Positions 38,501-52,800 of a stretch of DNA of 64,000 nucleotides are shown here, in pieces. Below the pieces are notes generated by a model. That model was not told the DNA's origin and made no database searches. It worked only from the letters and a program-made list of their open reading frames with translations. The number at the start of each line of letters is the position of its first letter. The first letter of the stretch is position 1. A program made the position numbers and the translations under genes. Origin of the DNA: Utricularia gibba (taxonomy: Eukaryota; Plantae; Magnoliophyta); the NCBI GenBank assembly GCA_002189035.1, contig NEEC01000112.1, forward strand, positions 1 to 64,000, given 5' to 3'.

Positions 38501-41500
38501 CGAATGGGATCGGATTGTGCTGTGAAGTCAGACCGACCTTGGGTCCGGACGAAGTTCCCAACAACAGCACCCGCAAAAAAACGACAACTTTTCCTCGAAA
38601 AAAGCATGTAGGCAGCCGCCGAAAACCCAACGTTAATAAATGCATCACTTTTTTGGCCGGGCTACAAATGACTATGGGCCAGAGCGCGACTCGACCATTT
38701 GCTCGATACTAGTGCCAGCCTAGAGCGCCTCCTCAAATATAAATCAGGTTGTTGAGAAAACCATTTGGGGTGCTCATGACATCCTAACTTCAAAAAATGC
38801 ATCACGATTTTCATCGAGTAGCACCCGATTGGGCTCAGGAGCCAGACCGAACCTTGGGCCCTTACAAAGCTGCCAACGACAGCACCGCCTTAAAATGGCA
38901 AGCTATTGCTTGAAAAACCATTCAGGCAGCCGCCGAAAACCCAACGTTGATAAATGCATCACTTATTTTCCGGGCTACAACTGACTATGGGCCATAGCCC
39001 GACCCGACCTCTGGCCCAATCCCGAAACCCCCCAAGAGCGCCTTCTGAAATATAAAGTAGAGTGTTGAGAAAACCCATTGGGTTCTCATGACATCCTAAC
39101 TAAAGCAAATGCATTACGATTTCGTCGAGTACGACCCGATTGGGCTTAGTAGCCAGACCGAATCTCGGGCCTGACAAAGCTCCCAACTACAGCACCACCT
39201 TAAAACGGCAAGCTGCTTGAAAAACCATTTAGGCAGCCGCCGAAAACCCACGTTGATAAATGCATCACTTATTTTCCGGGCTACAACTGACTATGGGCCT
39301 AGCCCGACCCGACCTCTGGCCCAATCCCGAAACCCCCCAAGAGCGCCTTCTGAAATATAAAGTAGAGTGTTGAGAAAACCCATTGGGGTTCTCATGACAT
39401 CCTAACTAAAGCAAATGCATTACGATTTCGTCGAGTACGACCCGATTGGGCTTAGTAGCCAGACCGAATCTCGGGCCCTGACAAAGCTCCCAACTACAGC
39501 ACCCACCTTAAAACGGCAAGCTGTTGCTTGAAAAACCATTTAGGCAGCCGCCGAAAACCCATCGTTGATAAATGCATCACTTATTTTCCGGGCTACAACT
39601 GACTATTGGCCTGAGCCCGACCCGACCTCTGGCCCAATCCCGAAACCCTCCGAGAGCGCCTTCTCAAATATATAGCAGAGTGTTGAGAAAACCCATTGGG
39701 TTCTCATGACATCCTAACTACATCAAATGCGTTACGATTTTCGTCGAGTGCGACCCGATTGGGCTTAGTAGCCAGACCGAATCTCGGGCCGGACAAAGCT
39801 CCCAACGACAGCACCCGCCTTTAAATGGCAAGCTGTTGCTTGAAAACCATGTGGGCAGCCGCCGACAACCCAACGTTAATAAATGCATCACTTCTTTTGC
39901 CGGGCTACAGCTGACTTTGGGCTCAAGCCCGACCCGAATCCGGCCCGATCTCGGTGACCCACAAAAGCGCCTTGTCAAGTAAAGCATGCTGTTGAAAAAA
40001 CCATTTGGGGTGGTCATGAGATCCTAACTTCAATAAAGGCATCACGATTTTCGTCGAATGGGATCGGATTGTGCTGTGAAGTCAGACCGAACCTTGGGTC
40101 CGGACGAAGTTCCCAACAACAGCACCCGCAAAAAAACGACAACTTTTCCTCAAAAAGCATGTAGGCAGCCGCCGAAAACCCAACGTTAATAAATGCATCA
40201 CTTTTTTGGCCGGGCTACAAATGACTATGGGCCAGAGCGCGACTCGACCATTTGCTCGATACTAGTGCCAGCCTAGAGCGCCTCCTCAAATATAAATCAG
40301 GTTGTTGAGAAAACCATTTGGGGTGCTCATGACATCCTAACTTAAAAAAATGCATCACGATTTCATCGAGTAGCACCCGATTGGGCTTAGTAGCCAGACC
40401 GAATCTCGGGCCCTGACAAAGCTCCCAACTACAGCACCCACCTTAAAACGGCAAGCTGTTGCTTGAAAAACCATTTAGGCAGCCGCCGAAAACCCACGTT
40501 GATAAATGCATCACTTATTTTCCGGGCTACAACTGACTATGGCCTGAGCCCGACCCGACCTCTGGCCCAATCCCGAAACCCTCCGAGCGCCTTCTCAAAT
40601 ATATAGCAGAGTGTTGAGAAAACCCATTGGGGTTCTCATGACATCCTAACTACATCAAATGCGTTACGATTTTCGTCGAGTGCGACCCGATTTGGGCTTA
40701 GTAGCCAGACCGAATCTCGGGCCGGACAAAGCTCCCAACGACAGCACCCGCCTTTAAATGGCAAGCTGTTGCTTGAAAAACCATGTGGGCAGCCGCCGAC
40801 AACCCAACGTTAATAAATGCATCACTTCTTTTGCCGGGCTACAGCTGACTTTGGGCTCAAGCCCGACCCGAATCCGGCCCGATCTCGGTGACCCACAAAA
40901 GCGCCTTGTCAAGTGTAAAGCATGCTGTTGAAAAAACCATTTGGGTGGTCATGAGATCCTAACTTCAATAAAGGCATCACGATTTCGTCGAATGGATCGG
41001 ATTGTGCTGTGAAGTCAGACCGAACCTTGGGTCCGGACGAAGTTCCCAACAACAGCACCCGCAAAAAAACGACAACTTTTCCTCGAAAAAAGCATGTAGG
41101 CAGCCGCCGAAAACCCAACGTTAATAAATGCATCACTTTTTTGGCCGGGCTACAAATGACTATGGGCCAGAGCGCGACTCGACCATTTGCTCGATACTAG
41201 TGCCAGCCTAGAGCGCCTCCTCAAATATAAATCAGGTTGTTGAGAAAACCATTTGGGGTGCTCATGACATCCTAACTTCAAAAAATGCATCACGATTTTC
41301 ATCGAGTAGCACCCGATTGGGCTCAGGAGCCAGACCGAACCTTGGGCCCTTACAAAGCTGCCAACGACAGCACCCGCCTTAAAATGGCAAGCTATTGCTT
41401 GAAAAACCATTCAGGCAGCCGCCGAAAACCCAACGTTGATAAATGCATCACTTATTTTCCGGGCTACAACTGACTATGGGCCATAGCCCGACCCGACCTC

Positions 41501-43887
41501 TGGCCCAATCCCGAAACCCCCAAGAGCGCCTTCTGAAATATAAAGTAGAGTGTTGAGAAAACCCATTGGGGTTCTCATGACATCCTAACTAAAGCAAATG
41601 CATTACGATTTCGTCGAGTACGACCCGATTGGGCTTAGTAGCCAGACCGAATCTCGGGCCCTGACAAAGCTCCCAACTACAGCACCCACCTTAAAACGGC
41701 AAGCTGTTGCTTGAAAAACCATTTAGGCAGCCGCCGAAAACCCATCGTTGATAAATGCATCACTTATTTTCCGGGCTACAACTGACTATTGGCCTGAGCC
41801 CGACCCGACCTCTGGCCCAATCCCGAAACCCTCCGAGGGCGCCTTCTCAAATATATAGCAGAGTGTTGAGAAAACCCATTGGGGTTCTCATGACATCCTA
41901 ACTACATCAAATGCGTTACGATTTTCGTCGAGTGCGACCCGATTGGGCTTAGTAGCCAGACCGAATCTCGGGCCGGACAAAGCTCCCAACGACAGCACCC
42001 GCCTTTAAATGGCAAGCTGTTGCTTGAAAAACCATGTGGGCAGCCGCCGACAACCCAACGTTAATAAATGCATCACTTCTTTTGCCGGGCTACAGCTGAC
42101 TATGGGCTCAAGCCCGACCCGAATCCGGCCCGATCTCGGTGACCCACAAAAGCGCCTTGTCAAGTGTAAAGCATGCTGTTGAAAAAACCATTTGGGGTGG
42201 TCATGAGATCCTAACTTCAATAAAGGTGTCACGATTTTCGTCGAATGGGATCGGATTGTGCTGTGAAGTCAGACCGAACCTTGGGTCCGGACGAAGTTCC
42301 CAACAACAGCACCCGCAAAAAACGACAACTTTTCCTCGAAAAAAGCATGTAGGCAGCCGCCGAAAACCCAACGTTAATAAATGCATCACTTTTTTGGCCG
42401 GGCTACAAATGACTATGGGCCAGAGCGCGACTCGACCATTTGCTCGATACTAGTGCCAGCCTAGAGCGCCTCCTCAAATATAAATCAGGTTGTTGAGAAA
42501 ACCATTTGGGGTGCTCATGACATCCTAACTTCAAAAATGCATCACGATTTTCATCGAGTAGCACCGATTTCAGGAGCCAGACCGAACCTTGGGCCCTTAC
42601 AAAGCTCTTAAAATGGCAAGCTATTGCTTGAAAAACCATTCGTTGATAAATGCATCACTTATTTTCCGGGCTACAACTATTCGAAATGCCTTCAAACTCA
42701 TGACATCCTAACTAATGCATTACGATTTCGTCGAGTACGACCCGATTGGGCTTAGTAGCCAGACCGAAACAAAGACAGCACCCGCCTTAAAACGGCAAGC
42801 TGCTTGAAAAACCCAGCCGCCGAAAACCCACGTTGATAAATGCATCACTTATTTTCCGGGCTACAACGGGCCTAGCCCGACCCGACCTCTGGCCCAATCC
42901 CGAGAGCGCCTTCTGAGAAACCCATTGGGGTTCTCATGACATCCTAACTAAAGCAAATGCATTACGATTTCGTCGAGTACGACCCGATTGGGCTTAGTAG
43001 CCAGACCGAATCTCGGGCCCTGACAAAGCTCCCAACTACAGCACCCACCTTAAAACGGCAAGCTGTTGCTTGAAAAACCATTTAGGCAGCCGCCGAAAAC
43101 CCATCGTTGATAAATGCATCACTTATTTTCCGGGCTACAACTGACTATTGGCCTGAGCCCGACCCGACCTCTGGCCCAATCCCGAAACCCTCCGAGGCGC
43201 CTTCTCAAATATATAGCAGAGTGTTGAGAAAACCCATTGGGTTCTCATGACATCCTAACTACATCAAATGCGTTACGATTTTCGTCGAGTGCGACCCGAT
43301 TGGGCTTAGTAGCCAGACCGAATCTCGGGCCGGACAAAGCTCCCAACGACAGCACCCGCCTTTAAATGGCAAGCTGTTGCTTGAAAACCATGTGGGCAGC
43401 CGCCGACAACCCAACGTTAATAAATGCATCACTTCTTTTGCCGGGCTACAGCTGACTTGGGCTCAAGCCCGACCCGAATCCGGCCCGATCTCGGTGACCC
43501 ACAAAAGCGCCTTGTCAAGTGTAAAGCATGCTGTTGAAAAAACCATTTGGGGTGGTCATGAGATCCTAACTTCAATAAAGGCATCACGATTTCGTCGAAT
43601 GGGATCGGATTGTGCTGAAGTCAGACCGACCTTGGGTCCGGACGAAGTTCCCAACAACAGCACCCGCAAAAAAACGACAACTTTTCCTCGAAAAAAGCAT
43701 GTAGGCAGCCGCCGAAAACCCAACGTTAATAAATGCATCACTTTTTTGGCCGGGCTACAAATGACTATGGGCCAGAGCGCGACTCGACCATTTGCTCGAT
43801 ACTAGTGCCAGCCTAGAGCGCCTCCTCAAATATAAATCAGGTTGTTGAGAAAACCATTTGGGGTGCTCATGACATCCTAACTTCAAA
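32572..43887. repeat. Irregular zone of 4-, 6-, 8- and 10-mer units with many small deletions
   Basis: A or A/C starts at 32572, 33511, 34445, 35064, 35990, 36920, 37544, 38795, 40348, 41283, 42535 and 43888 give spacings of 939, 934, 619, 926, 930, 624, 1251, 1553, 935, 1252 and 1353. Confidence 0.8.
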
Positions 43888-46800
43888 AAATGCATCACGA
43901 TTTTCATCGAGTAGCACCCGATTGGGCTCAGGAGCCAGACCGAACCTTGGGCCCTTACAAAGCTGCCAACGACAGCACCCGCCTTAAAATGGCAAGCTAT
44001 TGCTTGAAAAACCATTCAGGCAGCCGCCGAAAACCCAACGTTGATAAATGCATCACTTATTTTCCGGGCTACAACTGACTATGGGCCATAGCCCGACCCG
44101 ACCTCTGGCCCAATCCCGAAACCCCCAAGAGCGCCTTCTGAAATATAAAGTAGAGTGTTGAGAAAACCCGTTGGGGTTCTCATGACATCCTAACTAAAGC
44201 AAATGCATTACGATTTCGTCGAGTACGACCCGATTGGGCTTAGTAGCCAGACCGAATCTCGGGCCCTGACAAAGCTCCCAACTACAGCACCCACCTTAAA
44301 ACGGCAAGCTGTTGCTTGAAAAACCATTTAGGCAGCCGCCGAAAACCCATCGTTGATAAATGCATCACTTATTTTCCGGGCTACAACTGACTATTGGCCT
44401 GAGCCCGACCCGACCTCTGGCCCAATCCCGAAACCCTCCGAGGGCGCCTTCTCAAATATATAGCAGAGTGTTGAGAAAACCCATTGGGGTTCTCATGACA
44501 TCCTAACTACATCAAATGCGTTACGATTTTCGTCGAGTGCGACCCGATTGGGCTTAGTAGCCAGACCGAATCTCGGGCCGGACAAAGCTCCCAACGACAG
44601 CACCCGACTTTAAATGGCAAGCTATTGCTTGACAAACCATGTGGGCAGCCGCCGACAACCCAACGTTAATAAATGCATCACTTCTTTTGCCGGGCTACAG
44701 CTGACTTTGGGCTCAAGCCCGACCCGAATCCGGCCCGATCTCGGTGACCCACAAAAGCGCCTTGTCAAGTGTAAAGCATGCTGTTGAAAAAACCATTTGG
44801 GGTGGTCATGAGATCCTAACTTCAATAAAGGCATCACGATTTACGTCGAATGGGATCGGATTGTGCTGTGAAGTCAGACCGACCTTGGGTCCGGACGAAG
44901 TTCCCAACAACAGCACCCGCAAAAAAACGACAACTTTTCCTCGAAAAAAGCATGTAGGCAGCCGCCGAAAACCCAACGTTAATAAATGCATCACTTTTTT
45001 GGCCGGGCTACAAATGACTATGGGCCAGAGCGCGACTCGACCATTTGCTCGATACTAGTGCCAGCCTAGAGCGCCTCCTCAAATATAAATCAGGTTGTTG
45101 AGAAAACCATTTGGGGTGCTCATGACATCCTAACTTCAAAAAATGCATCACGATTTTCATCGAGTAGCACCCGATTGGGCTCAGGAGCCAGACCGAACCT
45201 TGGGCCCTTACAAAGCTGCCAACGACAGCACCCGCCTTAAAATGGCAAGCTATTGCTTGAAAAACCATTCAGGCAGCCGCCGAAAACCCAACGTTGATAA
45301 ATGCATCACTTATTTTCCGGGCTACAACTGACTATGGGCCATAGCCCGACCCGACCTCTGGCCCAATCCCGAAACCCCCAAGAGCGCCTTCTGAAATATA
45401 AAGTAGAGTGTTGAGAAAACCCGTTGGGGTTCTCATGACATCCTAACTAAAGCAAATGCATTACGATTTCGTCGAGTACGACCCGATTGGGCTTAGTAGC
45501 CAGACCGAATCTCGGGCCCTGACAAAGCTCCCAACTACAGCACCCACCTTAAAACGGCAAGCTGTTGCTTGAAAAACCATTTAGGCAGCCGCCGAAAACC
45601 CATCGTTGATAAATGCATCACTTATTTTCCGGGCTACAACTGACTATTGGCCTGAGCCCGACCCGACCTCTGGCCCAATCCCGAAACCCTCCGAGGGCGC
45701 CTTCTCAAATATATAGCAGAGTGTTGAGAAAACCCATTGGGGTTCTCATGACATCCTAACTACATCAAATGCGTTACGATTTTCGTCGAGTGCGACCCGA
45801 TTGGGCTTAGTAGCCAGACCGAATCTCGGGCCGGACAAAGCTCCCAACGACAGCACCCCCTTTAAATGGCAAGCTGTTGCTTGAAAACCATGTGGGCAGC
45901 CGCCGACAACCCAACGTTAATAAATGCATCACTTCTTTTGCCGGGCTACAGCTGACTTTGGGCTCAAGCCCGACCCGAATCCGGCCCGATCTCGGTGACC
46001 CACAAAAGCGCCTTGTCAAGTGTAAAGCATGCTGTTGAAAAAACCATTTGGGGTGGTCATGAGATCCTAACTTCAATAAAGGCATCACGATTTCGTCGAA
46101 TGGGATCGGATTGTGCTGTGAAGTCAGACCGAACCTTGGGTCCGGACGAAGTTCCCAACAACAGCACCCGCAAAAAAACGACAACTTTTCCTCGAAAAAA
46201 GCATGTAGGCAGCCGCCGAAAACCCAACGTTAATAAATGCATCACTTTTTTGGCCGGGCTACAAATGACTATGGGCCAGAGCGCGACTCGACCATTTGCT
46301 CGATACTAGTGCCAGCCTAGAGCGCCTCCTCAAATATAAATCAGGTTGTTGAGAAAACCATTTGGGGTGCTCATGACATCCTAACTTCAAAAAATGCATC
46401 ACGATTTTCATCGAGTAGCACCCGATTGGGCTCAGGAGCCAGACCGAACCTTGGGCCCTTACAAAGCTGCCAACGACAGCACCCGCCTTAAAATGGCAAG
46501 CTATTGCTTGAAAAACCATTCAGGCAGCCGCCGAAAACCCAACGTTGATAAATGCATCACTTATTTTCCGGGCTACAACTGACTATGGGCCATAGCCCGA
46601 CCCGACCTCTGGCCCAATCCCGAAACCCCCAAGAGCGCCTTCTGAAATATAAAGTAGAGTGTTGAGAAAACCCGTTGGGGTTCTCATGACATCCTAACTA
46701 AAGCAAATGCATTACGATTTCGTCGAGTACGACCCGATTGGGCTTAGTAGCCAGACCGAATCTCGGGCCCTGACAAAGCTCCCAACTACAGCACCCACCT

Positions 46801-49800
46801 TAAAACGGCAAGCTGTTGCTTGAAAAACCATTTAGGCAGCCGCCGAAAACCCATCGTTGATAAATGCATCACTTATTTTCCGGGCTACAACTGACTATTG
46901 GCCTGAGCCCGACCCGACCTCTGGCCCAATCCCGAAACCCTCCGAGGGCGCCTTCTCAAATATATAGCAGAGTGTTGAGAAAACCCATTGGGGTTCTCAT
47001 GACATCCTAACTACATCAAATGCGTTACGATTTTCGTCGAGTGCGACCCGATTGGGCTTAGTAGCCAGACCGAATCTCGGGCCGGACAAAGCTCCCAACG
47101 ACAGCACCCGACTTTAAATGGCAAGCTATTGCTTGAAAACCATGTGGGCAGCCGCCGACAACCCAACGTTAATAAATGCATCACTTCTTTTGCCGGGCTA
47201 CAGCTGACTTTGGGCTCAAGCCCGACCCGAATCCGGCCCGATCTCGGTGACCCACAAAAGCGCCTTGTCAAGTGTAAAGCATGCTGTTGAAAAAACCATT
47301 TGGGGTGGTCATGAGATCCTAACTTCAATAAAGGCATCACGATTTTCGTCGAATGGGATCGGATTGTGCTGTGAAGTCAGACCGATCCTTGGGTCCGGAC
47401 GAAGTTCCCAACAACAGCACCCGCAAAAAAACGACAACTTTTCCTCGAAAAAAGCATGTAGGCAGCCGCCGAAAACCCAACGTTAATAAATGCATCACTT
47501 TTTTGGCCGGGCTACAAATGACTATGGGCCAGAGCGCGACTCGACCATTTGCTCGATACTAGTGCCAGCCTAGAGCGCCTCCTCAAATATAAATCAGGTT
47601 GTTGAGAAAACCATTTGGGGTGCTCATGACATCCTAACTTCAAAAAATGCATCACGATTTTCATCGAGTAGCACCCGATTGGGCTCAGGAGCCAGACCGA
47701 ACCTTGGGCCCTTACAAAGCTGCCAACGACAGCACCCGCCTTAAAATGGCAAGCTATTGCTTGAAAAACCATTCAGGCAGCCGCCGAAAACCCAACGTTG
47801 ATAAATGCATCACTTATTTTCCGGGCTACAACTGACTATGGGCCATAGCCCGACCCGACCTCTGGCCCAATCCCGAAACCCCCCAAGAGCGCCTTCTGAA
47901 ATATAAAGTAGAGTGTTGAGAAAACCCGTTGGGGTTCTCATGACATCCTAACTAAAGCAAATGCATTACGATTTCGTCGAGTACGACCCGATTGGGCTTA
48001 GTAGCCAGACCGAATCTCGGGCCCTGACAAAGCTCCCAACTACAGCACCCACCTTAAAACGGCAAGCTGTTGCTTGAAAAACCATTTAGGCAGCCGCCGA
48101 AAACCCATCGTTGATAAATGCATCACTTATTTTCCGGGCTACAACTGACTAAGCCCGAGACCTCTGGCCAACTCCGACGCCTTCTCAGCACCCACTCATG
48201 ACATCCTAACTACATCAAATGCGTTACGATTTTCGTCGAGTGCGACCGATTGGGCTTAGTAGCCAGACCGAATCTCGGGCCGGACAAAGCCCCAACGACA
48301 GCACCCGCTTTAATGGCAAGCTATTGCTTGACAAACCATGTGGGCAGCCGCCGACAACCAACGTTAATAAATGCATCACTTCTTTTGCCGGGCTACAGCT
48401 GACTTTGGGCTCAAGCCCGACCCGAATCCGGCCCGATCTCGGTACCCACAAAAGCGCCTTGTCAAGTGTAAAGCATGCTGTTGAAAAACCATTTGGGGTG
48501 GTCATGAGATCCTAACTTCAATAAAGGCATCACGATTTACGTCGAATGGGATCGGATTGTGCTGTGAAGTCAGACCGAACCTTGGGTCCGGACGAAGTTC
48601 CCAACAACAGCACCCGCAAAAAAACGACAATTTTTCCTCGAAAAAAGCATGTAGGCAGCCGCCGAAAACCCAACGTTAATAAATGCATCACTTTTTTGGC
48701 CGGGCTACAAATGACTATGGGCCAGAGCGCGACTCGACCATTTGCTCGATACTAGTGCCAGCCTAGAGCGCCTCCTCAAATATAAATCAGGTTGTTGAGA
48801 AAACCATTTGGGGTGCTCATGACACCTAAAACTTCAAAAAATGCATCACGATTTTCATCGAGTAACCCGATTGGGCTTAGCTCGGGCCCTGACAAAGCTC
48901 CAACTACAGCACCCACCTTAAAACGGCAAGCTGTTGCTTGAAAAACCATTTAGGCAGCCGCCGAAAACCCATCGTTGATAAATGCATCACTTATTTTCCG
49001 GGCTACAACTGACTATTGGCCTGAGCCCGACCCGACCTCTGGCCCAATCCCGAAACCCTCCGAGGGCGCCTTCTCAAATATATAGCAGAGTGTTGAGAAA
49101 ACCCATTGGGGTTCTCATGACATCCTAACTACATCAAATGCGTTACGATTTCGTCGAGTGCGACCCGATTGGGCTTAGTAGCCAGACCGAATCTCGGGCC
49201 GGACAAAGCTCCCAACGACAGCACCCGACTTTAAATGGCAAGCTATTGCTTGACAAACCATGTGGGCAGCCGCCGACAACCCAACGTTAATAAATGCATC
49301 ACTTCTTTTGCCGGGCTACAGCTGACTTTGGGCTCAAGCCCGACCCGAATCCGGCCCGATCTCGGTGACCCACAAAAGCGCCTTGTCAAGTGTAAAGCAT
49401 GCTGTTGAAAAAACCATTTGGGGTGGTCATGAGATCCTAACTTCAATAAAGGCATCACGATTTTCGTCGAATGGGATCGGATTGTGCTGTGAAGTCAGAC
49501 CGATCCTTGGGTCCGGACGAAGTTCCCAACAACAGCACCCGCAAAAAAACGACAACTTTTCCTCGAAAAAAGCATGTAGGCAGCCGCCGAAAACCCAACG
49601 TTAATAAATGCATCACTTTTTTGGCCGGGCTACAAATGACTATGGCCAGAGCGCGACTCGACCATTTGCTCGATACTAGTGCCAGCCTAGAGCGCCTCCT
49701 CAAATATAAATCAGGTTGTTGAGAAAACCATTTGGGGTGCTCATGACATCCTAACTTCAAAAAATGCATCACGATTTTCATCGAGTAGCACCCGATTGGG

Positions 49801-52800
49801 CTCAGGAGCCAGACCGAACCTTGGGCCCTTACAAAGCTGCCAACGACAGCACCCGCCTTAAAATGGCAAGCTATTGCTTGAAAAACCATTCAGGCAGCCG
49901 CCGAAAACCCAACGTTGATAAATGCATCACTTATTTTCCGGGCTACAACTGACTATGGGCCATAGCCCGACCCGACCTCTGGCCCAATCCCGAAACCCCC
50001 CAAGAGCGCCTTCTGAAATATAAAGTAGAGTGTTGAGAAAACCCGTTGGGGTTCTCATGACATCCTAACTAAAGCAAATGCATTACGATTTCGTCGAGTA
50101 CGACCCGATTGGGCTTAGTAGCCAGACCGAATCTCGGGCCCTGACAAAGCTCCCAACTACAGCCCACCTTAAAACGGCAAGCTGTTGCTTGAAAAACCAT
50201 TTAGGCAGCCGCCGAAAACCCATCGTTGATAAATGCATCACTTATTTTCCGGGCTACAACTGACTATTGGCCTGAGCCCGACCCGACCTCTGGCCCAATC
50301 CCGAAACCCTCCGAGGGCGCCTTCTCAAATATATAGCAGAGTGTTGAGAAAACCCATTGGGGTTCTCATGACATCCTAACTACATCAAATGCGTTACGAT
50401 TTTCGTCGAGTGCGACCCGATTGGGCTTAGTAGCCAGACCGAATCTCGGGCCGGACAAAGCTCCCAACGACAGCACCCGACTTTAAATGGCAAGCTATTG
50501 CTTGAAAACCATGTGGGCAGCCGCCGACAACCCAACGTTAATAAATGCATCACTTCTTTTGCCGGGCTACAGCTGACTTGGGCTCAAGCCCGACCCGAAT
50601 CCGGCCCGATCTCGGTGACCCACAAAAGCGCCTTGTCAAGTGTAAAGCATGCTGTTGAAAAAACCATTTGGGGTGGTCATGAGATCCTAACTTCAATAAA
50701 GGCATCACGATTTCGTCGAATGGGATCGGATTGTGCTGTGAAGTCAGACCGAACCTTGGGTCCGGACGAAGTTCCCAACAACAGCACCCGCAAAAAAACG
50801 ACAACTTTTCCTCGAAAAAAGCATGTAGGCAGCCGCCGAAAACCCAACGTTAATAAATGCATCACTTTTTTGGCCGGGCTACAAATGACTATGGGCCAGA
50901 GCGCGACTCGACCATTTGCTCGATACTAGTGCCAGCCTAGAGCGCCTCCTCAAATATAAATCAGGTTGTTGAGAAAACCATTTGGGGTGCTCATGACATC
51001 CTAACTTCAAAAAATGCATCACGATTTTCATCGAGTAGCACCCGATTGGGCTCAGGAGCCAGACCGAACCTTGGGCCCTTACAAAGCTGCCAACGACAGC
51101 ACCCGCCTTAAAATGGCAAGCTATTGCTTGAAAAACCATTCAGGCAGCCGCCGAAAACCCAACGTTGATAAATGCATCACTTATTTTCCGGGCTACAACT
51201 GACTATGGGCCATAGCCCGACCCGACCTCTGGCCCAATCCCGAAACCCCCAAGAGCGCCTTCTGAAATATAAAGTAGAGTGTTGAGAAAACCCGTTGGGG
51301 TTCTCATGACATCCTAACTAAAGCAAATGCATTACGATTCGTCGAGTACGACCCGATTGGGCTTAGTAGCCAGACCGAATCTCGGGCCCTGACAAAGCTC
51401 CCAACTACAGCACCCACCTTAAAACGGCAAGCTGTTGCTTGAAAAACCATTTAGGCAGCCGCCGAAAACCCATCGTTGATAAATGCATCACTTATTTTCC
51501 GGGCTACAACTGACTATTGGCCTGAGCCCGACCCGACCTCTGGCCCAATCCCGAAACCCTCCGAGGGCGCCTTCTCAAATATATAGCAGAGTGTTGAGAA
51601 AACCCATTGGGGTTCTCATGACATCCTAACTACATCAAATGCGTTACGATTTTCGTCGAGTGCGACCCGATTGGGCTTAGTAGCCAGACCGAATCTCGGG
51701 CCGGACAAAGCTCCCAACGACAGCACCCGACTTTAAATGGCAAGCTATTGCTTGACAAACCATGTGGGCAGCCGCCGACAACCCAACGTTAATAAATGCA
51801 TCACTTCTTTTGCCGGGCTACAGCTGACTTTGGGCTCAAGCCCGACCCGAATCCGGCCCGATCTCGGTGACCCACAAAAGCGCCTTGTCAAGTGTAAAGC
51901 ATGCTGTTGAAAAAACCATTTGGGGTGGTCATGAGATCCTAACTTCAATAAAGGCATCACGATTTACGTCGAATGGGATCGGATTGTGCTGTGAAGTCAG
52001 ACCGATCCTTGGGTCCGGACGAAGTTCCCAACAACAGCACCCGCAAAAAAACGACAACTTTTCCTCGAAAAAAGCATGTAGGCAGCCGCCGAAAACCCAA
52101 CGTTAATAAATGCATCACTTTTTTGGCCGGGCTACAAATGACTATGGGCCAGAGCGCGACTCGACCATTTGCTCGATACTAGTGCCAGCCTAGAGCGCCT
52201 CCTCAAATATAAATCAGGTTGTTGAGAAAACCATTTGGGGTGCTCATGACATCCTAACTTCAAAAAATGCATCACGATTTTCATCGAGTAGCACCCGATT
52301 GGGCTCAGGAGCCAGACCGAACCTTGGGCCCTTACAAAGCTGCCAACGACAGCACCCGCCTTAAAATGGCAAGCTATTGCTTGAAAAACCATTCAGGCAG
52401 CCGCCGAAAACCCAACGTTGATAAATGCATCACTTATTTTCCGGGCTACAACTGACTATGGGCCATAGCCCGACCCGACCTCTGGCCCAATCCCGAAACC
52501 CCCAAGAGCGCCTTCTGAAATATAAAGTAGAGTGTTGAGAAAACCCGTTGGGGTTCTCATGACATCCTAACTAAAGCAAATGCATTACGATTTCGTCGAG
52601 TACGACCCGATTGGGCTTAGTAGCCAGACCGAATCTCGGGCCCTGACAAAGAGCTTAAAACGGCAAGCTGTTGCTTGAAAAACCATTTAGGCAGCCGCCG
52701 AAAACCCATCGTTGATAAATGCATCACTTATTTTCCGGGCTACAACTGACTAAGCCCGACCCGACCTCTGGCCCAATCCCGAGAGCGCCTTCTTGAGAAA

